Shown here: positions 1 through 12,335 of the stretch, piece by piece
Numbering within the stretch: the stretch's first letter is position 1
How the letters are laid out: each line of letters opens with the position of its first letter
The notes under the pieces: generated by a model
Told to the model about the DNA's origin: nothing
What the model saw: the letters and a program-made list of their open reading frames with translations, nothing else
Databases searched by the model: none
Assembly: GCF_963853765.1 (NCBI RefSeq)
Contig: NC_088853.1
Location: 2,170,001-2,234,000, forward strand
Reading direction: 5' to 3'
Origin: Magallana gigas
Lineage: Eukaryota
Length of the DNA stretch: 64,000 nucleotides
Position numbers and translations under genes: made by a program

Positions 1-435
1 TCACACAAACCATACAGTACCACAACACAGGACGGCGACTGTATAGTAAACCTCGCTATATAACAGAGAACAACAATGGGGATGTCGTGGTGTCTGACGC
101 TATAGACTTTGTGTCTGGTGCTGTAGTGGTGACAGAGCGTGGAGGAAGACATCGTTTCTCCTACACAGGACATCCATCAGGATCACAACTATGGCCATGG
201 GGAATCTGTACTGACGCGCTGTCACACATCCTGGTGTGTGATACTAAAACCAACACAGTACAGATGATAAATAAGGACGGTCAGTTCCTGTCACATCTAC
301 TGACAGAATCACAAGAGATGGATGAACCACACAGCCTGAGTTATGATGTCAACACTCACCGTCTCTGGGTCGTATCAGGGTGGGACAACAAGGTGTGTGT
401 CTACAGGTATATCACCAGACAGGACGCTCTGACAG
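1..435 (+). CDS. 3' part of an exon encoding an NHL-repeat beta-propeller of a TRIM2/TRIM3-like protein (gene starts upstream of the window)
   Basis: Open frame from position 3: ...YSKPRYITENNNGDVVVSD...GAVVVTERGGRHRFSYTGHPSGSQLWPWGICTDALSHILVCD...VQMINKDGQFL...PHSLSYDVNTHRLWV...CVYRYITRQDALT. These are NHL-type repeats. The exon ends at a consensus phase-1 donor, ACAG|GTAAGT (435/436). Confidence 0.9.
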
Positions 436-914
436 GTAAGTCTGAGTCATTATCATTCACATTAATTAGATATAGATAACTAAGACTCACAGTCCGTGTT
501 AATTATCAGTCAATAAGATACATGTAAGACATGTTTATCTGTGTGATTGTTTGTCAATATAAACAACTCATTGTTACAGGGTTAGCTGTATCTACCAGTC
601 ATTGGGATTCAGTGTTTATCTAAAATAAACAGAAATTAGATACATTATTTTATTAATTAAATGTACAGTTACATGTCATTGTATTTAGTGAATAGAAATA
701 GCAGGTTGCTGTATTTAATTATGATATATATAGAGTGACTCATGTATTTGTAATCAGTTTTTTTGTGACATGTTAATTGACTTAATTTAATTAATTAGAC
801 AAATGATAAAGCAAGTGTCATGGTAATCAGGTTAAAGTTTTAATTTGTAGATGTAGCTCTATCATTACATATACTGTATGTATTAATTAACAGCTAATTA
901 ATGACTTGTTGTAG

Positions 915-994
915 ATGAACACAGACCCCGTCCTGATAGAGACACCCGATACACGACACATCCTCACAACAACTCATCAACTAAACGAAAGTAA
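915..994 (+). CDS. Candidate terminal exon A of the NHL gene: (D)EHRPRPDRDTRYTTHPHNNSSTKRK*
   Basis: Acceptor TTGTTGTAG|ATGAAC, phase-1 compatible with the 435 donor; stop TAA at 992-994. Paralogous to exon B through a ~265-bp duplication. Confidence 0.5.
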
Positions 995-1179
995 AACTCA
1001 CTGACGCATGTATTTGTAATCAGTTGTTTTGTTGCATGTTAATTGACTTAATTAATTAAACAAATGATAGACCAAATATCATGTATTCAGTTTAAAGTTT
1101 TAATTTGTAGATGTTGCTCTATTGTTACATATAATGTATGTAATTAATTAATTAACAGCTAATTAATGCCTTGTTGTAG

Positions 1180-1238
1180 ATGAACACAGACCCCGTCCTG
1201 ATGAGGACGCCATGTCCAGCTCAACACCAGCCGTATAA
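1180..1238 (+). CDS. Candidate terminal exon B of the NHL gene: (D)EHRPRPDEDAMSSSTPAV*
   Basis: Acceptor TTGTTGTAG|ATGAAC, phase-1 compatible; stop at 1236-1238. Resembles C-termini I recall from oyster TRIM/NHL models (not verified). Confidence 0.65.
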
Positions 1239-2378
1239 TGGAGATAGCTGGGATATTGACAGGTTGTAAATGTTTCTGTACAAATCTAGTCTGCTCTCAA
1301 AACCACACATGTTGTTTGTCACTTTGTTCAACACCTGCAGCTGAAATTGAGCTGTGTATAATTCACATGGACTGTAATACTGACTCCTGTTTATTTCACA
1401 CTTTGTGATTATCCAAACATGGCTGTCTGTTGCTGAGTGAGAAACATCATGTTATACAAGTCTTATTTTCTGAATGTGGAATATTATAAAAAAATATCCA
1501 CATGAAGTATATAATATTAAACTGAACAATTATAAATTGTAAATGTCAGATCATTATCAATTCCAAAATGTATCTTGTTTTGCTAATTGTGCCATTATTA
1601 TACCCCATGTAATGGAATTGTTAGAGAATAATGATTTCAACCTATCTCAGTCAGTCCTGGATTTTAAGCAAAACATATATTAAACAGCTGCACAGAATTT
1701 TATCATGTTTAATATGAAACTTTTAAAGTATTTAGGACACAATGTGTAGATGTGCTAATTACTAGGAAGTTCCAATTCATTTATCTTTCTAGGAATTTTA
1801 GCTCCATTGAACTTATAATTTTGTCCAAATGTTGAATTTAGCAATGATTTTTTAAGGCGTCGAGCTAATGCTCGGCATCCTTCTAGCGATCGTCTAGATT
1901 GGCAATCGTCCAAAAATTCATGCACTGCACCGCCTTTTTAATGCGCATAAAAAAATAAGTTCCTTGAAGTATTAAACGTATTACAAGATTTGTATTCCTT
2001 TTATTCAACTAAATTGTGTACAAAAACAACTTTGCCTCCCTGGTTATTGACAACTCATTGCATTAGTATAAATTAATGGCGGATGAATACAATAAGGTGC
2101 AATGTAAACATTCACTAAAATATTATTTAAGTTTATCGCTTACATTTTGATTGGAGACTGTGCCCGATAAAAATAAAATTTGATATGTAAATGAATTTGT
2201 TATCGGGCATGGTCTCCAAAATAATTGTAAGCGATAAACTTATCTAGAGATTTTGTGCAATTAATAAACACGATAATGCAGTTGGTTTGGTCGAGCACTT
2301 TAGATAGCACGTGTTGTGGATTTGTTTGTAAACAACCATAGCATAGGGAATCTTGTTTCAAACGGGAATTGAAATAAA

Positions 2379-2502
2379 TAAAAGTATGTTTTATTATTAT
2401 AATTAGGGACACACTGTTAATGTATTCAAATAATGAGCCTGTGAAATGTGCAAAGACTTTTTAACAGTGTGTCCCTAATTATAATAATAAAACATACTTT
2501 TA
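2379..2502. repeat. Perfect 42-bp inverted repeat with a 40-bp spacer
   Basis: 2379-2420 (TAAAAGTATG...GGGACACACTGTTAA) is the exact reverse complement of 2461-2502. Confidence 0.9.
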
Positions 2503-2646
2503 ATAATTTTTTTTGAACTTTGAAATTTCTTCGATTTTAGTAACCATGATGAGTTATTGTATTATAAACTCATCACTACCTATTTTATAACGAAATATAC
2601 TGATTATTGTTTTTGAAACAGCACAAAACGTAATTTATTTCCTTTT

Positions 2647-3683
2647 TTATTAACCGGGTTTTCCAACGGAAAAATCGGGTTATTAAAATGGTGAAAATGG
2701 CGGGCGGGCGGCTGCCAAAAGGGTACCCTCATTGTACGGATAACTCCTCATACAGTTTTCAAGATAGGAAATTGTACATATATCAGAGGTGTGCATATTG
2801 CTAGGATTTTGATTTCTGATTATTTATCGAAAAAATACCAGATTTTGAACATAGTCATTTTTGGGCAAAATATTGCATATAGGGTACCCTCATTGTACGG
2901 ATAACTCCTCCTACAGTTTTCAAGATAGGAAGGTGTTCTTTTGCAGATCAATTGTACATATATCAGAGGTGTGCATATTGCTAGGATTTTGATTTCTGTT
3001 AATTTATCGAAAAAATACCAGCTTTTAAACTTAGTCATTTTTTGGCAAAATATTGCATATAGGGTACCCTCATTGTACGGATAACTCCTCCTACAGTTTT
3101 CAAGATAGGAAGGTGTTCTTTTGCAGATCAATTGTACATATATCAGAGGTGTGCATATTGCTAGGATTTTGATTTCTGTTAATTTATCGAAAAAATACCA
3201 GCTTTTAAACTTAGTCATTTTTTGGCAAAATATTGCATATAGGGTACCCTCATTGTACGGATAACTCCTCCTACAGTTCTCAAGATAAGAAGTTGTTCTT
3301 TTGCAGATCAATTGTACATATATCAGAGGTGTGCAAATTGCTAGGATTTTGATTTCTGATAATTTATCGAAAAAATACCAGATTTTGAACTTAGTCATTT
3401 TTTGGCAAAATATTGCATATAGGGTACCCTCATTGAACGGATAACTCCTCCTCCTACAGATTTCAAGATAGGAAGTTGTTCTTTTGCAGATCAATTGTAC
3501 ATATATCAGAGGTGTGAAAATTGATAGGATTTTGATTTCTGATTATTTATGAAAAAACTTTTTGGGCAAAATATTGCATATAGGGTACTCCGTTTCACTG
3601 GATACGGGTTGACATGGATTATAGATACAGTTCACATAAAAGAAAACCCGGTTTGCTGTTACATTGACAGCTTTCCACTTGTT
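2647..3683 (+). mobile_element. Non-autonomous Helentron-like (HINE) element carrying a 180-bp tandem array
   Basis: Sub-terminal IR AACCGGGTTTT (~2652) / AAAACCCGGTT (3643-3653), a GGCG microrepeat, ~4.7 copies of a 180-bp unit (GGGTACCCTCATTGTACGG at 2882, 3062, 3242, 3422), 3' hairpin GCTGTTACATTGACAGC and T-rich ends. This matches the architecture described for oyster satellite-carrying Helentrons. Confidence 0.75.
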
Positions 3684-3986
3684 CTAATATTATTTGATGA
3701 ACGACTATATATATAAGTACAGAAATTCAAATCATTGATATCATTCTATATAAAAGAAAATGTCAGCTCGACGCCTTTGTGGCCGTTCCCGCCTTTGATT
3801 TTGTAGGTAGTTAGAACACAATGTGTTGATTTGCACATTTCTAGGAAATTTTAATTACAATGTTTTGTCTTCAAATTTTGAACCATTAGAGTTTAGTATG
3901 TTGATGTTTAAGACAAATGATTAAATGTGTGCATAATTGCAGAAAGTTTTGATCTGATGATGTTTTGCTAGTAATGCCCTTTATCA

Positions 3987-4114
3987 TTTTTAGCTAACTG
4001 AGCTGAAAGCTCAAGTGAGCCTTTCTGATCACATTTTGTCTGTCGTCTGTCTGTTTGTTTGTCTGTCCTCTGTCCGTCAACTTTTCACATTTTCAACATC
4101 TCCCCCAGAACTAA

Positions 4115-4147
<33 letters not shown>

Positions 4148-4212
4148 CCCTTAGGCAAAGAAGATTCAAAGTTGTGAAAATTAAGAAACGTGCCCCTTTT
4201 CAAGGGGAGATA
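3987..4212 (+). mobile_element. Truncated Helentron-like element with a Cg170-like satellite monomer
   Basis: TTTTTAGCTAACTGAGCTGAAAGCTCAAGTGAGC head, (TGTC)n, then TTCAACCAAACTTGGCACAAAGCACCCTT...GGGGAGATA. The Cg170 assignment is from memory. Confidence 0.65.
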
Positions 4213-4275
4213 TTTAGTATTTATGTATCCCAACCTGAGAGAAATTCAAAGCCACCCTCCCATCCCTTTAATTAA

Positions 4276-4581
4276 GGTTGTATGGAACATCTGTCAATAA
4301 TAATGTGGATTAAAGTACATTACTATTGAAATACTTTTATTGGTTTAGAATTTTCTTTCACAATATCTTACCAAAAAATATGTTTTAGAAAATTTTGGAA
4401 AAGTAATAAATTTTTCACACCCGACTCGAACTTGTGACTTACAGGTCTGTAGTGAGCGCTCTAACCCACTGCACTATGCTGTAAGGTAACAATGATGGGA
4501 AAGAAACTATTTATAAAATTATACTTGATTTATTTATTTCAATAAATAATATGACACAACATAAAGGTGTCCCATACCACC
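4276..4581. mobile_element. Kolobok-like MITE containing a tRNA-like segment (minus strand, 4415-4482)
   Basis: TTAA, then GGTTGTATGGAACATCT ... AGGTGTCCCATACCACC (imperfect TIR). Internal A box TAGTGCAGTGG and B box GTTCGAGTC on the minus strand. Confidence 0.55.
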
Positions 4582-4920
4582 TCCATACATGTAAAGAATG
4601 AATTTTATCAAAATTTTGATTTATTCTATTAATTTAACAAATTTTTCAAAAAAGCGGTCCCCATACAGTTTGCCTCAGTTACAATCAGCCAGTACCAGAA
4701 TTTTATGCTTCCAGATTTACTTTTTTGCGTATTGCATAATCAAAAAGTGGTGTAGAATGCCACCTTAATGCATACTCTGCCATTCATGATGTGAAGCATT
4801 GTCAAGTAATGGGAGAACATGGGGTGTTTGAGCTTGATCACTTTTTCTTTCCTTCTTGTCCAAGTATTTGGTATTAATCATTTAATACAATAATAAATTA
4901 ATTATTTTTATTTCTTGCAG

Positions 4921-4982
4921 ACAAGCTGCTTATTAAACGCCTTCAGGGGAGACAGAACAAAACCTTCCAGGATTATCCATAA
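4921..4982 (+). CDS. Candidate terminal exon C of the NHL gene: (D)KLLIKRLQGRQNKTFQDYP*
   Basis: Long pyrimidine tract and acceptor TTTCTTGCAG|ACAAG, phase-1 compatible; stop at 4980-4982. Confidence 0.55.
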
Positions 4983-5009
4983 TTCCAATGGAGTTACAGA
5001 AGCCAAATA

Positions 5010-5495
5010 ATTACCGGTCATCAACGGACTTTGTGTTCTGTGCGTTAACTCTACTAATATTTACATATAACAAATGATATTTGTTATAACACGTTTCATC
5101 AATGGACTCTGTATCTGTGTAGGTGAACTCCTCACAAAAATAACGCATCATCAATGGACTCTGTTTCTGTATGGGTGAACTTTATATAAATAACGCATCA
5201 TCAATAGACTCTGTATCTGTGTACGTGCAATCTGCACAAAAATAACGCATCATCAATAGACTCTGTGCTCTGTGTACGTGAAATCTGCACAAATATAACG
5301 CGTCAACAATAGACTTTATATCTGTGTATGTGAAATCTGCATATATAACGCGTCATCAATGGACTCTGTATTTGTGTGCGTGAACTCTACATATATAACA
5401 CGTAACAATAGACTCTGTGCTCTGTGTACCTAAACTCTTTATGAATAGGGCATCATCAATGGAATCGGGGTTTTTTTTCTGTACGTGAACTCTAC
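5010..5495. repeat. Diverged minisatellite, ~51-bp unit, ~9 copies
   Basis: Recurrent AACGCATCATCAAT(G/A)GACTCTGTATCTGTGTACGTGAA. Confidence 0.8.
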
Positions 5496-7299
5496 TGTAA
5501 TTTGTTATCATACGTTTTTAATCAATTTTATCTAAGTGTAAATGTTGTCAGTATATAATATGTTTTACATATCTAAGCTCCTGAAATTTCTGGTATCATT
5601 TGGTGCTAGGACGGAGATGTCCATTACAATTGTAGCCAATGTGTCACATAGTGCTTTTTTTTAGTTCTGATTTTTACACAAATAATCTTGTATGTTGAAG
5701 TAAACATTATTTTCAAAGGGGAATAACTCAAAATTTGTATTTTTCAGTCAGGATGAAAAAACAGTTATTCCCCTTGAGAATGAGAAATGAATTTGATGGT
5801 GTTTATCACTGACAGTTTTATTGGTAGGATTGAATATCAGTTAATGTATTTTTACAATATATCGTGATCATTTGGAAAGATGTGATCTGATAAGCTTTTG
5901 ATAAGAATTTGATAAGTTTAAGATGGTTTTTTATACAATGTTATGTAGTTTTAATTTCAATATATTAATAGTTGATGTACGTTATTAATTCATTAAGTTT
6001 GAACTGTGCCTGTGTATCAATTGGTGCATCATATATTGCCTGTTGTGCTAAGTAGGTCACAATGACCCAATTAGAATTATGGTAGTTTATGGTGAAACTA
6101 TTTTAGAACATATCTATTTGAAAAGAAAAACTTGTGTTTTAGAAATGATATACCATTAATTATACCAGAAGTCATATACTCATGTATTTATCAGTGAGAA
6201 AGTGGGTCATGATGACCTCAATTTGAAAGGCATGTTGTTAATCCTATGTGTTTGTTAATAGTGTTTAAGCACATTTCTCACACTCTGTATCTCTGTTGAC
6301 CAGATAGATAGGACAACTCATGTTCATGTTATTTATTTGGAGAAATATTGTACGTAAGTTTAAGCATGATTATTTTTTTTTGTTTACGCACACAATGAGG
6401 TAACTTATATACATTATTTTTGTTGTTTATTTTTATTGTGTTTACGCATACCATGAAAAACATAATACTTGTATACAAATGATGTTTGGGGAAATGTAGC
6501 GAGCTGTAGATAAAAGTCAATAAACTTAAAGTGACATGTCTATATTGTTTGTCTTGTTTCATAGTCAGGCAGTACTGTAATACATGGTACAAAATGAGGA
6601 CACGGATTAATCAGACTTCACCATTGTTAACAGTTCAACGTTTTCAGACAATACTGTAACTTTGGGTACAAGAACTAGAACATTATTTAATGAGGTGAAC
6701 CATGTCAAGTTGAGTGTACCAATGTCCTTTTGTATTCACAGTGATTTGTTTTTAATACACAAGTAAATTATGATTTCCCTCCAGAGTCTGTTAATCTTGA
6801 GCAGTTTTATAAAATATATACTATAGTTTTGTATTCATAAGCATATAATAATCAAATGTTGTCATATTGGTGTGTTATAAATTTTGTTATAAATCTCGCT
6901 ATCCAAGAAAAAAATGTAGAAACCTTGAAACCCCCTCCCAGTAGCCAGGCATTTCAAAACATACTATATAGTATAACGTTACACCGCAATCACACACTTT
7001 ACAGATGTATCTTTACCCTACAGCCACGTATTATATTCATATACTGTAAACACACAATCACGAATTTTGATACATATACCATATACCACGCAATCAGGTA
7101 ATTTAACGCTTACCTTTACTCAGCAAGGACGCAATGACGCACTTTGACGCATAAACCAAAAACTCATACAAACGCCTTTTAAGTCATTAACCGTTACTTT
7201 ACAATCATGCAGTTTAACATCACTGTCACGCACTTTAAAACATTTACAGCTACCCCACAGTCATTCAATTAATATATACCGTTATCCAGTAATGGCGCA

Positions 7300-8150
7300 C
7301 TTCCATGGTGTACAGTTTCCCTGCAATCTCGCACTTTGCATATATCGGTTATCCACAATCACATCATTCGTATATGCCGTATAGCCACAATCACGTTCTT
7401 TGCATATACCTTTAATCCACAACCTCTCACTTTGCATATATCGTTAGCCCACAACCTCTCATTTTGCATATACCATTAGCCCACAGCCTCTCACTTTGCA
7501 TATTCCTTTTACCCAGAATTACGGACTTTGCATATACCGTTTATCTTCAACCTCTCATATACCGTCAGCCCACAATTACAGAATTTGCATATACCTTTAA
7601 TCCGCTAACTCTCACTTTGCATATACCGTTAGCCCACAATTACGGAATTTGCATATATCTTTAATCCACAATTACTATTTACTCACAATCACCATTTACT
7701 CACAATCACACACTTATTAAACACCGTTTACCCACAATCACATAATTCGCATATGACGTTATACAACAATCTCCTCTTTGTATATACCGTTATCCCATTA
7801 CCTTGCACTTTGCATATACACACAGTCACACACATTGCACACACCTTTAACCCATAATCATGCATTTTGCATATATACCATTAACCAACAATCATGCACT
7901 TTGCATATACCATTAACCAACAATTACACACTTTGCATACACTGTTAATCCACAATTACGCACTTTGTATATACCGGTAAACCCACAATCACTCTTTGCT
8001 TTCACCATTTACTCACATTCACACAATTTGCCTCCACCATTTACTCATATTCACACACTTTGTATGTACCATTAACTCACAATCAAACACTCTGTATATA
8101 CCGTTAAACCCACAATCACACACACAATCTCGTACTTTGACTGTAACTCG
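7300..8150. repeat. Degenerate ~30-bp tandem repeat
   Basis: Recurrent CTTTGCATATACCGTTA(T/A)CCACAATC motif. Confidence 0.75.
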
Positions 8151-8313
8151 CAGTCACAAACTTCAGAACTTACATTTGTACCTTGCAATCACGCATTTAA
8201 AAAAACTGCCAAGAGATTGTAAAAGAGGTGTTACAATCAATACACCAACAGACGTAAGTTGGAGACTGCGTTGTATGCATTCGTTAAGAACAAAAAATAC
8301 ACTGTCATGGTCC

Positions 8314-9560
8314 GGCCAGACAATAACATTGGTTGATATACTGCACTACTGGTACAGACAGACAATATCATTGGTTGATACACTGCGCTACTGGTACAAA
8401 CAGACAGTATCATTGGTTGATACACTGCACTACTGGTACAGACAGACAATATCATTGGTTGATACTGGTACAGGCAGACAATATCATTGGTTGATACACT
8501 GCGCTACTGGTACAGACTGATAATATCATTGTTTGATACACTGTGCTACTGGTACAGACAGACAATAACATTGGTTGATACACTGTGCTACTGGTACAGG
8601 CAGACAATATCATTGGTTGATACACTGCGCTACTAACACAGACAGACAATAACATTGGTTGATACACTGCGCTACTTATACAGACAGACAATATCATTGG
8701 TTGATACACTGCGCTACTGGTACAGACAGACACTATTATTGATTGATACTCCGCGTTAATGGTACAGGCAGACAATAACATTGGTTGATACACTGCGCTA
8801 CTTGTACAGACAGACAATATCATTGGTTGATACACTGCGCTACTGGTACAGACTGATAATATCATTGGTTGATACACTGTGCTACTGGTACAGGCAGACA
8901 ATATCATTGGTTGATACACTGTGCTAATTGTACAGGCAGACAATATCATTGGTTGATAGACTGCACTACTGGTACAGACAGAGAATAACATTGGTTGATA
9001 CACTGTGCTACTGGTATAGGCAGACAATATCATTGGTTGATACACTGCGCTACTGGTACAGACAGACAATATCATTGGTTGATACACTGCGCTACTTGTA
9101 GAGACAGACAATATCATTGGTTGGTACACTGTGCTACTGGTACAGACAGACACTATCATTGGTTGATACACTGCGCTACTGGTACAGGCAGACAATATCA
9201 TTGGTTGATACACTGCGCTACTTGTACAGACAGACAATATCATTGGTTGATACACTGCGCTACTGGTACAGACAGACAATATAATTGGTTGATACACTGC
9301 GCTACTGGTACAGACAGACAATATCATTGGTTGAAACACTGCGCTACTGTAACAGACAGACAATATCATTGGTTGATACACTGCGCTACTGGTACAGACA
9401 GACAATATCATTGGTTGATAGACTGCACTACTGGTACAGACTGACAATTACATTGGTTGATACACTGCGCTACTGGTACAGACTGACAATAACATTGGTT
9501 GATACACTGCGCTACTGGTACAGACAGACAATATCATTGGTTGAAACACTGCGCTACTGT
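8314..9560. repeat. 42-bp minisatellite, ~29 copies
   Basis: Unit CAGACAGACAATATCATTGGTTGATACACTGCGCTACTGGTA. A partial unit near 8460 breaks the reading frames. Confidence 0.95.
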
Positions 9561-10562
9561 TACATGTGTCAGTTCGTGGTGCTCCTACAATGCTGCTACT
9601 GAAAGTTGACAAGGATATGATAACGTGACTAGCATTCTGTAAGGGACTTGCCACGTTCCTTAAATGTACGTATACTGTACTCAGAAAAGACACAAACAGA
9701 CGTAAGAAATATTTGAAGAACTGATAAAAACTTAACATGATTTACAGTCAGAGTTAAAATAATGAACAAACGTTTACAAATTAAGTGGCAAAAAGCCACT
9801 TTCAAAGATATGTATTAATAAAGGAAAATGAATGATTAAATAAAGTCCACGAAAAGCTGGAACCTTTTCACACAAATTATGCTAGGAAATAGAACGACCA
9901 ATAGAATACAGATACCATTATTACGTCACATTCCAAGATGCGGCAATTCTGCTCCAGTCAGTTCAATAGCACACAATGGAAAAACGTGATATTTTTAATC
10001 CATAAGAAAAGGGCAAAAATGATTTACATTAACTCGATAGGCCATCATCTCAACATAGTTATACTATTACCGCAAATAATAACGAAGATATTTAACTCGA
10101 TTGAACCAACTGATCACATTTTTAACGTACATTTGCTTACATTACAATGATTAGTATAGCCTTTTATTTTATAACATGATTAGATTAAAACTAAAGTAAA
10201 CAATAACTAACACTGTATGCATGAGCACTAAAACTTCCAAAAATTAACGATCAAAAATGCCTCAATGTAATATCATTCTACCAAAATACAGAAATACAGA
10301 AGAAAATTAATTTAACATAAAAACAATTGGCAATTAAAACCTCAATACCCCTTCATATTGTTCTTGAAAATAGGAATTCTGTTTGCATAATGATTTAAAA
10401 AGAAATGAACACAGATCTGTATCTTTAACACAAATGTAATATTATCAAAAATACCAAAAGGACTACATCATTCATAACACATATGGAAATGTTGTTCTTC
10501 TAGTGTACATTCGTTTAAAAAAATCATTAAATACGATGAATTGAATTTAGATGATATATGAT

Positions 10563-10684
10563 TCAAACTTTGCGCATTTCTAAATTACTGTATCTCCCGC
10601 CTTTAGCCCCTGCTCCCTTCCTGTGCCCCTGTTGTGGGCCTCCGTGTGCTGAGTATGGCGGCGCGGCGGGGGTCCCGATGGGCC
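10563..10684 (-). CDS. ADAM10: Probable terminal exon of ADAM10 (cytoplasmic tail ...AAPPYSAHGGPQQGHRKGAGAKGGRYSNLEMRKV*)
   Basis: GC-rich island in AT-rich DNA, behind acceptor TTTTTATTGTAG|. Pro/Gly-rich tail ending EMRKV*, reminiscent of ADAM10 termini. The frame join to the upstream exon is unresolved (see findings). Confidence 0.6.
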
Positions 10685-12335
10685 CTACAATAAAAAATAA
10701 AAACGAGGCTCAGTATTGATACAATTCGTCAAAACACATAACGTGACAGATTGTACTTGTCTTTATAAAATGAAGAAAAAATGTTACTAAATGCATGCAA
10801 TTAAATTGCTTAGTTATGTTAAAAAATCTCCAAATAATCTGCTTTTTCAATTGTACAAACACATAATATTATCATTCGAATTTCAAAAGCGTCACTTCTA
10901 GAAATATTATTCGGCATATGACATTGATCTTTTTGTGCAACGCAAGTTTTCATTTTGAATTGCAATTACCACAAGATGTTAAACATCTGTTAAAAAGACA
11001 AACTGTGCCCATTTACATGTACCATTTGTTGACCAACATTAATTTATAACATTGTTTAACCAAAAAAAGATTATTATTAATTATCTATCAGCTTTAAAGG
11101 AGACTTATTGACCATACTATAGAATAAAACACAACTTAAAATCTTATCTTCATACAATAAAACAGAACTTAGAATCTTATCTTTAGAAATGGTATAATAC
11201 ACTAAACTAACTGCATCACAATGTTCGTTTTATTTTCAAGGAAAGAGTAGATTAGTTATGCTATAAATTACAACTTCTAATTTCCCTCTCGCACACACTT
11301 ATCAAAATATAAATTACATTACGAACTAATTCTTTAATATTTATTCAAAATATAAGATTCAAATAATCACTGACATTGATCTTTTCATTTATAAATTAAA
11401 AATAAATCGAACATATTTTCCTAATGTTTACTCGCACATACTTTTCAACAAAAAAAATCTTTAAAAAACCAAAGATTGTTCATATTTAATTCAATATTCC
11501 CCAATATTCTTTGTTCTTAAATACTTGGTTGAAAACAAAACCCAATACAACACGTGATGTTATCTAGTTATACCCATAATGCATCTGGCACCCACCACCA
11601 TTACTATAAATGCCGTAGTATAAGAGGCGAAAAGGGTAAAGAAGAAAGTATGGAAGCGGCAGCGTGCGTGTGGAAACGTTTACCCTTAATCTTTGACGTT
11701 GCTCTTGGTTGCTTGTAAATAAAGGACATACACATTACTATGTCGCAAAATTCACCTTATGAAAAAAAGAAACAGCTCTGCATCTGATTCAGTTTTTAAC
11801 AATAAGTTTTTTTTTACTATACGTGACTATAGAAGCTTTAGTTTTGAAGTTTACGTCTAATTCTAAGCGTAAAATTCGTCTGATACATAAGTTCATTACA
11901 AAATTACAGAAGACGTGTACAAATCTTATAATCAAGTAATGCCTTTAAGTACAAACACTGGTTATAATATTAGGGTAACGTTTAGGGTTGTTTTCAATAT
12001 ATACAACTTTATGTAACTTGGTCATTGGGTTTACTGAAATAAGTGTATTACGTAAACAGCTCATCTCTAACATGCAACCAAATGACAGGAACTTACACAC
12101 TGCCAGTGAATGTTCCCTTTGAAGACATTTCCCAACTGAAAACAACATTCTACTTAATGACCATGTCTGTGTAGTTCCATGATAGCATGTGGAATACAGT
12201 TTCTTTCCACTTATCTTCTTTCTATCCCTAAATGATTGGTCATAACCAGATATAACTTTACAAGTTTTAAATATAAACCCATCTCATCTGGAGTGACCAC
12301 ATCAATATCTGAACACGTACAATTTGCCACAAACC

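Larger units (their letters stand above)
1856..3775. mobile_element. Non-autonomous TTAA-type (Kolobok-like) DNA transposon containing a nested satellite-bearing element
   Basis: 11-bp TIR GGCGTCGAGCT (1856) / AGCTCGACGCC (3765-3775). Left flank TTAA, right flank degenerate (TTTG). Confidence 0.55.

Noticed and set aside
2820-3494. 224-aa ORF with 60-aa repeats
   Set aside because: It is a translation of the 180-bp satellite inside a Helentron-like element, with no recognisable domain.
4415-4482. tRNA gene (also 57225-57292)
   Set aside because: A and B boxes are present but I could not build a convincing acceptor stem or cloverleaf, and both lie within MITEs. Called tRNA-derived only.
8237-9738. 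Long repetitive ORFs on both strands over the 42-bp array (MILSVCTSSAVYQP, QYHWLIHCATGTDR repeats)
   Set aside because: They arise because 42 is divisible by 3. A partial unit near 8460 and another break near 9447 shift the frame, so there is no sign of coding constraint.
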